A DNA stretch of 64,000 nt from Trueperaceae bacterium (GCA_034520945.1 JAXHNB010000005.1:192001-256000), one strand, 5' to 3'. Shown: positions 12,866 through 22,551, counted from the stretch's first letter. A program made the numbers and translations. Notes: a model not told the origin generated them from the sequence alone.

Positions 12866-15598
12866 ATGAACGCGTCACTCCGCACGTTTCTCCGCGTGGT
12901 CGCCCTTGCCGCGATGGCGGCGGCCACGCTATCCCTCGCCGGTTGCCGCACGGGTGAGGGGTCGCCGCCGGACGGCGATGCCGGCCAGATGCTCGCACCG
13001 GGTGGATCGCTGAGCGGGGACCGAGGCGTCCAGCTCGGCGCGCCCGAAGGAAGCCTGGAGGCCCCGGTGGAGGTCGCGATCGAGGCGGCCTCGGTCCCGT
13101 CCGAACCGCCGTTGCCGTCCGAGGCGCGCGCCGTGGGGGAGGCGGTTCGTCTTTCCAGCGACGAGGACCGCGACCTGCGGGGCGAGACGCCCCTCGGGCT
13201 GGCGCTTCCCATTCCGGACGACGCCGACGCGTCCCGTTTGGCGCTCGCCATCCGGCTCCCCGCCGAAGACGCAGCCCCCGACCGGTTCCACCCCACCCAC
13301 GATCGTCTCTGGAGCATCCTGCCCGGCGTGGTCGACCCGGACGACGAGATGTTCGTCGTGCGCCTGCGCGCCCTGGCCGAAGCGGGGCACGAGATGGTCC
13401 TGGTCGAAGGCGACGGGTACGCGCCGCCGTCGTTCGACATCCTCGAGATCGAGGAGACCGCGGAGGACGGGGCCGGCCGGGCGTCGCGCACGGCCGAACC
13501 GCAGCAGGCGGGGTCGTTGGAGCCGCAGCGGTTCTTGCGCTTCAATTTCCGCAAGAAGCGCGAGGACTTCGTGATCAAGTGCGCCGGCTTCGGCTCGCCC
13601 CCCGACCCCTCCGTGTGTGGCCCGGGCCAGAAGAGCGCCGTGCGCGGCTACCTACGCGACGTCTACGCCGACTTCGTCTCCGACTTCCGCAAGCCGGACC
13701 TGGCCCGCATCGCCGGCGAGGTGGGCGGCCAGAAGGGCTCGTACTACCTCTACAAGATCCGCAAGGACGGGACCGGGGTCTGTGACGGTATCGGTGGCAT
13801 GTACGTCGCGCCGACGAACCTCGGCATCACCTGCCACGAGGGCCTCGGCACCCCGTCGGAGAACACCACCCGCATGGAGTTCTTCCACGCGATCCAGTTC
13901 AACTACGCGCCGATCAGTTGGCACAAGCTCGCCAAGACACGGCAGGACTGGATCCTGGAGGGCACCGCCAGCTTCGTCGAGAACCCCGCCTCAAACGCCA
14001 CCACCGCCATCCGCGACCCTCAGGAGCGCTCGCTTCGTGAGGTGAACATCGCGGTGGAGGAGACCCGGGACGGCGACGATCCCGCCTACGAGATTCAGGA
14101 CTTCTGGGTCTACCTCATCCGTGCGAACGGCACGACGCCCAGGGCGGCCCTGGACCCGCTGTTCAAGCGCGGCGCGACGACCGAAGACGTCGACGACATG
14201 CTGAGGGCCAACTCGGCGGTCCCCTCCGGCTACGATCTCGAGGAGGCCCACTGGGGCTGGGTCCGCAACCAGGCGTTCGAGGCCACGGTGACGCAGGGCA
14301 ACGGCGCCCTCAACGCATCTTGCGTCTTCGACCCAGCAGCGTTCGAAGGTTCGCCGGAGCAGATCTCCTACGACGTGGGGTCCCGCAGCGACGAGCTGAC
14401 CCGCTCGGTCGGGCCCATCGGAGACCTGCGCGCCACGGTGGTGGAGGTCCAGTTGGAGAACAGCTCCAGCGATACGCAGCTGGCCCGCGTCGAAGCCAGC
14501 GGCTCGCTGGACGCGAGGGTCAAGCTCTACCGAGGTGTGAGCAGCGCCACGACCGACTGCGTCAACGTCTCGCGGTCCCGGTCGAACGAACACGAGCTCG
14601 AGCTCTCCCTCGACCCCGGTCAGAATCGCACCGTGTACGCGCTGCTGTCCAACAGCGACATCGCGGGCCCGATCGAGACCTTCGACGTGCGCGTCGGGAC
14701 GCTCGAAGCGATCGGCGTCGAGATCACCGAGCCGGCCGACGGCGCCGCCTTTCCGGAAGGCACGTTGGTCGGCTTCGAGGCGGACGTGCGTTTCTCGGGC
14801 ACGTACGAGCTGGACTGGTCCACGGACGGCGCGTACGCCGGTGCGGGCGGCATCACCGGCGCCGGCACCTCCTTGCTCTGCCCGGACGCGCATTTGATCA
14901 CGGCCGAGGCGACGCTGCAGACGGGGAGCGGCCCCGTGACGGTGTCCGATGAGGTCGCCATCGACATCGAGAACCGCGAGCCCAGCATCGCCATCACCGA
15001 CCGTCCCTCCGGCGACAGCGTGGAGGAGGACGCGCGCGTCACGGTCCGCGCGCGGGCCGACGACCGGTCCTGCAGCACCGGCCACAACGCGAACTCTGCC
15101 GACCAGCGCGAGATCGACTGGTACGTGAACGGCAGCCAGGTCGCGTCGGGCGCTACGCTGATCCATGACGTGAACGCCAGCCCCGGCAGCGCGTTGGACA
15201 TTCAGGCCGAGTACACCGACGAGGCCGGCGCGACGGCCAAGACCGAGGTGCTGGCGTACGACGTCGTCGAGGCGCCCGACGGGCCTCGGCCCCCGAACGT
15301 GACGATCGTGCACCCGCCCGACGGGGACACGCTGTACCGGCCGTGCGGCGAACTTCGCCTCGAAGCGGACGCTGAAGATCCGGACGGCGGCACGATCGAC
15401 GCCTACGACTGGGTCGTGAGCGGTCCCACCGGCTTCAGCAAGAGCTACCAGGGCAACGACATCGTGATCCGGCTTTGGACCTGCTCGGAGCCCATCTTCA
15501 ACGAGCCGGGCGACTTCGACATCGAGGTCACCGTCACCGACGACGAGGGCCAACAGGCCTCGAGCAGCATCGAGGTCACGGTCATTCCGGGGACCTAA
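12866..15598 (+). CDS. Large lipoprotein with gluzincin-like domain and C-terminal Ig/PKD-like repeats
   Basis: Lipobox LSLAGC (Cys27); MEFFH...WILEGTA; PKD-like DPDGGTIDAYDW and VTVTDDEGQ. Confidence 0.75.
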   Translation: MNASLRTFLRVVALAAMAAATLSLAGCRTGEGSPPDGDAGQMLAPGGSLSGDRGVQLGAPEGSLEAPVEVAIEAASVPSEPPLPSEARAVGEAVRLSSDEDRDLRGETPLGLALPIPDDADASRLALAIRLPAEDAAPDRFHPTHDRLWSILPGVVDPDDEMFVVRLRALAEAGHEMVLVEGDGYAPPSFDILEIEETAEDGAGRASRTAEPQQAGSLEPQRFLRFNFRKKREDFVIKCAGFGSPPDPSVCGPGQKSAVRGYLRDVYADFVSDFRKPDLARIAGEVGGQKGSYYLYKIRKDGTGVCDGIGGMYVAPTNLGITCHEGLGTPSENTTRMEFFHAIQFNYAPISWHKLAKTRQDWILEGTASFVENPASNATTAIRDPQERSLREVNIAVEETRDGDDPAYEIQDFWVYLIRANGTTPRAALDPLFKRGATTEDVDDMLRANSAVPSGYDLEEAHWGWVRNQAFEATVTQGNGALNASCVFDPAAFEGSPEQISYDVGSRSDELTRSVGPIGDLRATVVEVQLENSSSDTQLARVEASGSLDARVKLYRGVSSATTDCVNVSRSRSNEHELELSLDPGQNRTVYALLSNSDIAGPIETFDVRVGTLEAIGVEITEPADGAAFPEGTLVGFEADVRFSGTYELDWSTDGAYAGAGGITGAGTSLLCPDAHLITAEATLQTGSGPVTVSDEVAIDIENREPSIAITDRPSGDSVEEDARVTVRARADDRSCSTGHNANSADQREIDWYVNGSQVASGATLIHDVNASPGSALDIQAEYTDEAGATAKTEVLAYDVVEAPDGPRPPNVTIVHPPDGDTLYRPCGELRLEADAEDPDGGTIDAYDWVVSGPTGFSKSYQGNDIVIRLWTCSEPIFNEPGDFDIEVTVTDDEGQQASSSIEVTVIPGT

Positions 15599-15755
15599 CA
15601 ATGCGCGCCCCCCTCGCGGGGCGACCATCGGCAGGGTGACCCGTTTCCGAGGGCCACCGTGCCATGCCACGCACGGAGGCCAGTGGGGCTCGCTCCGGCG
15701 CCTTGCGAGCCCCAGGTCCCTGTGATACGCTCTGCCTCGCCCGAATGGGCCTCGG

Positions 15756-15830
15756 TCGGCGGTAGCTCAGTGGTAGAGCGATCGGCTGTTAACCGATTGG
15801 TCGCTGGTTCGAATCCAGCCCGCCGAGCCA
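15756..15830 (+). tRNA. tRNA-Asn (GTT)
   Basis: Acceptor TCGGCGG/CCGCCGA, anticodon arm ATCGG-CTGTTAA-CCGAT, GGTTCGAATCC, encoded CCA. Confidence 0.97.
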
Positions 15831-15846
15831 ACACGTGCAGGACGTA

Positions 15847-15876
15847 AGAATCGCCCGCCATGACGCGGGCGATTCT
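15847..15876 (+). terminator. Stem-loop after tRNA-Asn
   Basis: AGAATCGCCCGC-CATGAC-GCGGGCGATTCT, 12-bp stem. Confidence 0.7.
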
Positions 15877-15881
15877 GCGTG

Positions 15882-15903
15882 GAGGGTGCCAAGAGGGTGC
15901 CAA
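15882..15903. repeat. Tandem 11-bp direct repeat GAGGGTGCCAA x2 (possible integrase arm-type sites)
   Basis: Perfect duplication about 50 bp downstream of the tRNA 3' end. Confidence 0.65.
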
Positions 15904-15979
15904 ACGCCAAGGACGCGATTTGATGGGGCGCGCGTTCGGCCGAACAGCTTCAAAACGGGACTAGGCGGTAGAATGAGCC

Positions 15980-16171
15980 GTGGACTTCGAAGAACGCTAC
16001 GGACGCTTTGGGGAGGAGGACGACTTCGATCGCGCCTTCTGGGCGAAGCAGCCGCGCGAGGTCGTGTTCGACGCGGCGTACGGGATGATCAAGGACTACC
16101 TGCTCCTGAGGGACTGCCGTGCTGACGAGCCCCGACTTCAAAGAACTGTTGAGTCTTTTCGCCGCGTATGA
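15980..16171 (+). CDS. Small protein, candidate antitoxin
   Basis: 63 aa; TAGAAT -10 five nt before GTG; overlaps the nucleotidyltransferase gene by 53 nt. Confidence 0.7.
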   Translation: MDFEERYGRFGEEDDFDRAFWAKQPREVVFDAAYGMIKDYLLLRDCRADEPRLQRTVESFRRV

Positions 16172-16586
16172 CGTTCGCTACCTGATCATCGGCGGATACG
16201 CGGTCATGCGTTACGCGCAACCACGGTTCACGAAGGACCTGGACGTGCTCATCGCGGTGGACGACGAGAACGCGAAGGCGACGTACGATGCCTTGCGGGC
16301 GTTTGGGGCGCCGCTCGAGAATCTCACGCCCGACGACTTCGCCTCCAAAGGGGCGTATTATCAGCTGGGCGTTCCACCCATGCGTGTCGACGTGATGATG
16401 GACGTGCCCGGCATCGACTTCGGAGACGCATGGCAACAACGCGACACGATCGACGTCGGGGGCGTCCCGGTACACTTCATCGGGAAGAGCGACCTCGTTC
16501 GAGCCAAGAAGGCATCCGGACGTCCTCAGGACCTGCTCGACGTCGCAGCGCTCGAGGACCCATGGCCGTCGGGGCAAGACGGCTGA
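16119..16586 (+). CDS. Nucleotidyltransferase (DUF6036/AbiEii/MenT-like), candidate toxin
   Basis: IIGGYAV...PRFTKDLD and K..SGRPQDLLD motifs. Confidence 0.85.
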   Translation: MLTSPDFKELLSLFAAYDVRYLIIGGYAVMRYAQPRFTKDLDVLIAVDDENAKATYDALRAFGAPLENLTPDDFASKGAYYQLGVPPMRVDVMMDVPGIDFGDAWQQRDTIDVGGVPVHFIGKSDLVRAKKASGRPQDLLDVAALEDPWPSGQDG

Positions 16587-16756
16587 AGCGCGAGGGCACG
16601 CCTCGCATCACACTGGCGCCAGGGTCAACGTACGCATGCAGGACCGCCCGCCCAGCGGCCGGGTGGCGACTTCAAGACGCCCATGGATCTTGCGCGTACG
16701 CGTACCACGCTTACGGGTGCGATTCGTTTGCCGAGTCACCAATCCCGTACGGTGGC

Positions 16757-16858
16757 GAGGTCGCCGAGGCTGAAACGTACGACGCCATTCGCTGGACCTT
16801 CGAGACGACGTTCGAGCCTGGGCAACGCGCGCTTCTTGTGTATCGCGTTCGGGTCGAG
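16757..16858 (+). pseudogene. Possible C-terminal fragment of a DUF11-like beta-sandwich protein
   Basis: YDAIRWTFETTFEPGQRALLVYRVRVE looks protein-like but has no proper start. Confidence 0.3.
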
Positions 16859-16996
16859 GGCACAGCCGATCCTGAGACCGTCCACAGGGACGGGACCGTC
16901 GTCGATGGATTCAGGTTCGACCGGGTCGGCATTCGCGATGTAGGAGCCGGGTACGTCTCGCCCGCAGGGACGCCTGTCCCCTGCACAGGGTGGCAT

Positions 16997-17016
16997 ACAT
17001 CGACTATGGTCTATCT
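16997..17016 (+). promoter_or_regulatory. Candidate ArsR operator
   Basis: ATCGAC-TATG-GTCTAT imperfect palindrome immediately before the arsR ATG. Confidence 0.6.
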
Positions 17017-17017
17017 C

Positions 17018-17344
17018 ATGTTCGATTCTTCGATCCTACTCAGATCGCTCAGCGATCCCACCCGGTGGAAGATCCTCGAGTTTCTCGCCGCTCCGGTCCA
17101 GTCGCAGTGCCGTCGTGATGATGGCGTGTGCGGTTGTGACTTGGAGGCGTTCTTGGGGTTGTCGCAGCCGACGGTGAGTCATCACATGAAGCGGTTGGTG
17201 GAGGCGGGCGTGGTGCGTGCCGCGCGTGAGGGCCGCTGGGTGCACTACGAACTCGACGCGGAGGCGTTGCGGGTGTTGGCGGGCACGTTCGAGCGGTTCG
17301 CCCGCGCGGCGGACGCCCGCGCGGGCGAGGGGGTGACGGCGTGA
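17018..17344 (+). CDS. arsR: ArsR/SmtB arsenic-sensing repressor
   Basis: [33 protein letters not shown]. Confidence 0.9.
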   Translation: MFDSSILLRSLSDPTRWKILEFLAAPVQSQCRRDDGVCGCDLEAFLGLSQPTVSHHMKRLVEAGVVRAAREGRWVHYELDAEALRVLAGTFERFARAADARAGEGVTA

Positions 17345-18402
17345 CACGGCGGTTGTCGGTACTGGACCGGTTCCTGACGGTGTGGATCTTCACGGCGATG
17401 GGCTTGGGCGTGCTGTTGGGGTGGTCGTTGCCGGCGTTCGGGCGGGCGTTGGACGCGTTGAGCGTGGGCAGTACGAACATTCCGATCGCGATCGGGTTGA
17501 TCGTGATGATGTACCCGCCGCTGGCGAAGGTCCGGTACGGGGCGTTGCCGCGGGTGTTCCGCAACTGGCGGGTGTTGGGGTTGTCACTGATTCAGAACTG
17601 GCTGATCGGGCCCGTCCTGATGTTCGTGCTGGCGGTGGTGTTCCTCCGGGGTCACCCGGAGTACATGGTGGGGTTGATCCTGATCGGGTTGGCGCGCTGC
17701 ATCGCGATGGTGCTGGTGTGGAACGACCTGGCGGAGGGCGACAACGAGTACGCGGCGGGCCTGGTGGCGTTCAACAGCGTGTTCCAGATTTTGTTCTTCG
17801 GGGCGTACGCGTACGTGTTCATCACCGTCCTGCCGGCCTGGTTGGGGTTGCAGGGCAGCATCGTGGACGTCACCTTCATCGAGATCGCGCAAGCCGTGCT
17901 GATCTACTTGGGTGTGCCGTTCGCGGCGGGCATCCTCAGTCGCGTGATCCTGATCCCGCGCATGGGGCGCGATTGGTACGATCGCGTGTTCCTGCCGCGC
18001 ATCGGGCCGCTCACGCTGGTGGCGTTGTTGTTCACGATCGTGATGATGTTCAGCCTGAAGGGCGAGACGATCGTGCAGATCCCGCTCGACGTGATCACCA
18101 TCGCGGTGCCGTTGTTCTTGTACTTCGTGATCATGTTCCTGATCAGTTTCGCGATGGGCCGCCTGATCGGCGCGGACTACGCGAAGACCACCACCTTGTC
18201 GTTCACGGCGGCCAGCAACAACTTCGAACTGGCGTTGGCCGTCGCGATCAGCGTGTTCGGCCTGGGGTCCGGCGTCGCGTTCGCCGCCGTCATCGGCCCC
18301 CTCGTCGAAGTGCCCGTCCTGATCGGCCTGGTGCACGTCGCCCTGTGGTTGCGCCGCCGCGCCTTCCCCGCCACCGCCGCGCCCGAACCGATTCCGAAGT
18401 AG
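17341..18402 (+). CDS. acr3: ACR3 family arsenite efflux transporter
   Basis: [37 protein letters not shown]. Confidence 0.96.
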   Translation: MTRRLSVLDRFLTVWIFTAMGLGVLLGWSLPAFGRALDALSVGSTNIPIAIGLIVMMYPPLAKVRYGALPRVFRNWRVLGLSLIQNWLIGPVLMFVLAVVFLRGHPEYMVGLILIGLARCIAMVLVWNDLAEGDNEYAAGLVAFNSVFQILFFGAYAYVFITVLPAWLGLQGSIVDVTFIEIAQAVLIYLGVPFAAGILSRVILIPRMGRDWYDRVFLPRIGPLTLVALLFTIVMMFSLKGETIVQIPLDVITIAVPLFLYFVIMFLISFAMGRLIGADYAKTTTLSFTAASNNFELALAVAISVFGLGSGVAFAAVIGPLVEVPVLIGLVHVALWLRRRAFPATAAPEPIPK

Positions 18403-18475
18403 GGGCGTACGCCGCCTGCACGGATGCGATTCGTCTGAAGCTCCACCCCCGATTCGACCTCGAGAGGACCCCCTG

Positions 18476-18865
18476 ATGACCGTGACCGTCTACGACCCAC
18501 CGATGTGTTGCTCGACCGGCGTGTGCGGAGCCGACGCCGATCCCCAGCTGGCTCGCTTCGCCGGCGACCTCGCCTGGCTTCGCGCGTGTGGCGTCGCCAT
18601 CGAACGTGTCAACCTCGCGCAGGAGCCCGCCCGCTTCTTGGAGGAGCCGGCCCTCCGGCCCCTGCTGGAAGCCGGCGGCGCCGACGACCTACCGGCCCTC
18701 GTGATCGACGGGCAGCTCGCGCTCTACGGTCGCTACCCCACACGAGGGGAATTGGCGCGCACCTTCGCGCTAGGCCCCGACGGTGACGAGGGATCCGTGC
18801 ACGCCTCGGGTCAGGAGCTCGGAATGGTCGCGGGCGGCTGCTGCGGCGACGAAGGCTGCTGCTGA
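18476..18865 (+). CDS. arsD: Arsenite metallochaperone
   Basis: YDPPMCCSTGVCG, GRYPTR, C-terminal CC pairs. Confidence 0.93.
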   Translation: MTVTVYDPPMCCSTGVCGADADPQLARFAGDLAWLRACGVAIERVNLAQEPARFLEEPALRPLLEAGGADDLPALVIDGQLALYGRYPTRGELARTFALGPDGDEGSVHASGQELGMVAGGCCGDEGCC

Positions 18866-20667
18866 TGCCCCGACGAGAAGGAGGCAGCCAGACGACGTTT
18901 CCCGACCTCGCACCGTTCTCGTTCTTCACCGGCAAGGGCGGCGTCGGCAAGACCTCCCTCGCCTGCGCCACGGCCGTGTCCCTGGCCGACGAGGGTCGCC
19001 GCGTGCTGCTGGTCAGCACCGATCCCGCCTCGAACGTCGCTCAGGTGTTGGAGACGCCGGTCGGCCCCAGGATCACCCCGATCGAGGCGGTTCCGGGCCT
19101 GGACGCCATCGAGATCGATCCCGCCTCGGCGGCCGCCGATTACCGTGAACGCATCGTGGGGCCCCTACGCGACGCCATGCCCGCCAAGGCGCTGGCCGGC
19201 ATCGAGGAGCAACTCTCCGGCGCGTGCACCACCGAGATCGCCGCCTTCGACGAGTTCACGACGCTCCTCACCGATGACGCGCTGCGCGCCGAGTACGACC
19301 ACATCGTGTTCGACACGGCCCCCACCGGACACACCATTCGCCTGTTGCAGCTGTCCGGCGCATGGTCGTCCTTCCTGGAGAACGGCTCGGGCGATGCGTC
19401 GTGCTTGGGGCCGCTCGCGGGGCTCGAGAAGCAACGCGCGCGCTACGCCGCGGCCGTCGAACGGCTCGCGGACCCCGATCGTACCCAGCTCATCCTGGTG
19501 GCGCGGCCCCAGCGATCCTCGCTGGACGAGCTGGCCCGCACCTCACGCGAACTGGCCGCGATCGGCCTGAACAACCAACGTCTCGCCATCAACGGCCGCC
19601 TGAGCGGCGAACCGCACGGCGACCGCCTGGCGATGGCGCTGCAAAGACGCGAAGCCGAGGCGCTCGCCAGCATGGATCCAGCGCTCGCCGCCCTCCCGCG
19701 TCGCGAGTTCCCCCTTCGCGCCGACGAGCTGATGGGCGTCGCCGCGTTGCGACGCTACGCCGCAAACGCGCCCGCCCCCGCGCTGGGTCACGCGCCCAGC
19801 CCCCAGGACGAGGCCTGGCCCGCCCTCAGCGAGTTGATCGACGACCTCGAGGCGCCCGGCGCGGGACTGGTGATGTTCCTTGGCAAGGGCGGCGTGGGCA
19901 AGACGACCATGGCCGCGGCGGTCGCCACCGAACTGGCGCGCCGGGGGCATGAGGTGCTGCTCACGACGACGGACCCGGCGGCCCATCTCGCCTCGACCTT
20001 GGGCGACGGGATGTCATCCCTGGAGGTCGATCGCATCGATCCCGCCGAGGCGACCGAACGCTACCGCCAGCACGTCCTCCAGACGAAGGGCCAGGGCCTG
20101 GGGCCGGACGCGCGCGCCGCGCTGGAGGAGGATCTCCGCTCGCCCTGCACCGAAGAGATCGCCGTGTTCCAAGCGTTCGCGAAGGCGGTTCGCGACAGCG
20201 CCCGACGCTTCGTGGTCATGGACACGGCGCCGACCGGGCACACGCTGTTGTTGTTGGACGCGGCAGGGTCCTACCACCGCGAGGTGCTTCGTCATGCGAC
20301 CGACACCATGCGGGAGCGCATGACCACGCCCATGATGCGCCTTCAGGACCCCGCGCGGACCAAGCTCCTCATCACCACGTTGCCGGAGACGACCCCGATG
20401 CTGGAGGCGGCCGACCTGCAGGACGACCTTCGCCGCGCGGGCATCGAGCCGTGGGCATGGATCGTGAACGCGAGCCTGTCCGCTGCGGACACCGGCCACC
20501 CGGTGCTCCGTCGGCGCGCCGACGCGGAGCGGGACAAGATTCGACGCTTGACGCGCGACGGGTGGGCAAGTCGGTATGCCGTGGTGCCGATGCTCGCCGA
20601 CGAGCCGGTCGGGACCTCGGGGTTGCGGGGCGTGTTGGCGCCCGCCGTGCCCGCGTCCGCTGGTTGA
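18865..20667 (+). CDS. arsA: Arsenical pump-driving ATPase
   Basis: Two GKGGVGKT, two DTAPTGHT, Cys ligands in SGACTTE, ASCLGP, SPCTEE. Confidence 0.96.
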   Translation: MPRREGGSQTTFPDLAPFSFFTGKGGVGKTSLACATAVSLADEGRRVLLVSTDPASNVAQVLETPVGPRITPIEAVPGLDAIEIDPASAAADYRERIVGPLRDAMPAKALAGIEEQLSGACTTEIAAFDEFTTLLTDDALRAEYDHIVFDTAPTGHTIRLLQLSGAWSSFLENGSGDASCLGPLAGLEKQRARYAAAVERLADPDRTQLILVARPQRSSLDELARTSRELAAIGLNNQRLAINGRLSGEPHGDRLAMALQRREAEALASMDPALAALPRREFPLRADELMGVAALRRYAANAPAPALGHAPSPQDEAWPALSELIDDLEAPGAGLVMFLGKGGVGKTTMAAAVATELARRGHEVLLTTTDPAAHLASTLGDGMSSLEVDRIDPAEATERYRQHVLQTKGQGLGPDARAALEEDLRSPCTEEIAVFQAFAKAVRDSARRFVVMDTAPTGHTLLLLDAAGSYHREVLRHATDTMRERMTTPMMRLQDPARTKLLITTLPETTPMLEAADLQDDLRRAGIEPWAWIVNASLSAADTGHPVLRRRADAERDKIRRLTRDGWASRYAVVPMLADEPVGTSGLRGVLAPAVPASAG

Positions 20668-20772
20668 CGGACGCGGGTGGCCTCGTTGGGGGACCGTATC
20701 CACAGGCGTCGCCCCTGCAGGCAGAGCCCCGCAGATGGACCGAGGCGACCCGGAAAGTACGAGGCGATCACC

Positions 20773-22035
20773 ATGTGGACACGCGCCATGATCTTCGCAC
20801 TGAGCGTCGCCCTCTTCGGCCACGCGGGCGCGCAACCCCGCGCCCTCGACACGCTGGGGGTGGACACCGAGCAGGCCACCATTCCCGTCGACGAGATCAT
20901 GAGTGGCGGCCCCCCGCCCCAAGGCATTCCCGCACTCGGGTTCACCGGTGACCGCGCCGGGGCGGCGCGCCCCAGCCCGGCGCCCAGCTTCGTCGATCAG
21001 GACGTGGCGTCGGACTGGTTGGCGCCGCAAGAGCCCGTCATCCTGCTCGACGTCGGGGGCGAGGCCCGCATCTACCCGCTGCAGATCCTCACCTGGCACG
21101 AGATCGTGAACGACACCGTCGCAGGCGTGCCCGTCGCCGTCACCTTCTGCCCGCTGTGCAACAGCGCCCTGGCGTTCGATCGCCGCGTGCCCGTGAGCGA
21201 GGAGCAGGTGGACGCCGTTCGTGCACTCGACGGCGACGCCACGTTCACGGAGTTCCCAGGCGACCTCGCCGAACGCTACATGGCGCAGACGCGGCGCGAC
21301 ACGGCGCCCGAGCAGGGACTCGAGGTCACCTTCGGCGTTTCGGGTCTGCTGTACGCCTCGAACCTGCTGATGTTCGACACCGCCAGCAGCACGCTGTGGT
21401 CGCAGGCGATCGGCGAGGGCACCGTCGGCACGCTGGCCGGCACCGACCTGGTGCGCTACCCCGCCCCCATCGTCTCGTTCGAGGACGCGCGCCAGGCCCA
21501 CCCCGGCGCGTCGGTGCTGTCCCGCGACACGGGCTTCCAACGCGCGTACGGCAGCAACCCGTACGTCGGGTACGACGACGTCGGCTCGCCGGCGTTCCTG
21601 TTCCGCGGCGAGACCGACGGGCGGCTGGAGGCCAAGGCACGCGTCGTCACCTTCGAGCTCGGCGGCGAGCCGGTGGCGTATCCCTTCGAGGTGCTCCAAG
21701 AGGTGCGGGTCGTCAACGACGAGGTCGGGGGCGTGCCGGTCGTGGTGGTCTGGCAGCCCGGCACGCGTAGCGCCCTCGACGCCCGCCAGATCGCCCAGAG
21801 CGAGGACGTGGGCGCCGTGAACGTGTTCCGCCGCACCGTGGACGGGCGTACCGCGACCTTCGCCTGGGACGGCGACGCGGTCGTGGACGAGGCGACCGGC
21901 TCGGCGTGGGACCTGTTCGGGCGCGCCGTGGCGGGCGAGCTGGCGGGACATACGTTGGAGGCGGTTCCGCACGAAAACACGCTATGGTTCGCCTGGGCCG
22001 CGTTCGAGCCCGAGACGAGGATCTTTGAAAGGTAG
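20773..22035 (+). CDS. Secreted DUF3179 domain protein
   Basis: Signal peptide, GGPPPQGIPAL, WHEIVND, TFCPLCNS, FGVSGLLY, WFAWAAF. Confidence 0.88.
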   Translation: MWTRAMIFALSVALFGHAGAQPRALDTLGVDTEQATIPVDEIMSGGPPPQGIPALGFTGDRAGAARPSPAPSFVDQDVASDWLAPQEPVILLDVGGEARIYPLQILTWHEIVNDTVAGVPVAVTFCPLCNSALAFDRRVPVSEEQVDAVRALDGDATFTEFPGDLAERYMAQTRRDTAPEQGLEVTFGVSGLLYASNLLMFDTASSTLWSQAIGEGTVGTLAGTDLVRYPAPIVSFEDARQAHPGASVLSRDTGFQRAYGSNPYVGYDDVGSPAFLFRGETDGRLEAKARVVTFELGGEPVAYPFEVLQEVRVVNDEVGGVPVVVVWQPGTRSALDARQIAQSEDVGAVNVFRRTVDGRTATFAWDGDAVVDEATGSAWDLFGRAVAGELAGHTLEAVPHENTLWFAWAAFEPETRIFER

Positions 22036-22038
22036 ACG

Positions 22039-22551
22039 ATGCGACGAATCATGATCATCACGCTGGCGTTGGCCCTGGGTGCGCTGGCCTTCGCCCAGCG
22101 GGCCGGCGACGCCGTTCCGGAGTTCACGCTCGTGGACGCGCACGGCGAGGTCGTCCGGCCGCAGGAGTACCTCGGCGCACCGCTGCTGATCAATTTCTGG
22201 GCGACCTGGTGCGGACCGTGCAAGGAGGAGCTCCCGCTATTCCAGGAGGCGTACGAGGAGACCGATCAGCTTCAGATGTTGCTGATCAACCTGGGCGAGG
22301 ATCGCGACGTCGCCCAGAACTATCTCGACGAGCAGCAGGTGACGTTGCGCACCGCCGTCGATCCGTACGCAGGCGTGGGTGCGGATGCCGAGGAGACGGG
22401 CGCGGTGGCGCGCCGCTACCGCGTGCTGGGGCTCCCCACCACGGTGTTCGTGGACGCGGACGGCGTCATCCGCGACGTCCGGATCGGCCAGGTGCTGCCG
22501 AACCAGTTGGCGGACGGCCTCGCCAAGATCGACGTGGTCTGGCGTCCCTGA
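22039..22551 (+). CDS. TlpA-family thiol:disulfide oxidoreductase
   Basis: Signal peptide, NFWATWCGPCKEELP, GLPTTVF. Confidence 0.92.
   Translation: MRRIMIITLALALGALAFAQRAGDAVPEFTLVDAHGEVVRPQEYLGAPLLINFWATWCGPCKEELPLFQEAYEETDQLQMLLINLGEDRDVAQNYLDEQQVTLRTAVDPYAGVGADAEETGAVARRYRVLGLPTTVFVDADGVIRDVRIGQVLPNQLADGLAKIDVVWRP

Noticed and set aside
16430..17344. 304-aa ORF suggesting an ArsR fusion protein
   Set aside because: The N-terminal part is an open frame through debris; the ArsR domain starts at 17018 behind an operator-like palindrome
20773..22551. Selenocysteine recoding in DUF3179 or TlpA
   Set aside because: Both CxxC motifs use TGC codons; no in-frame TGA
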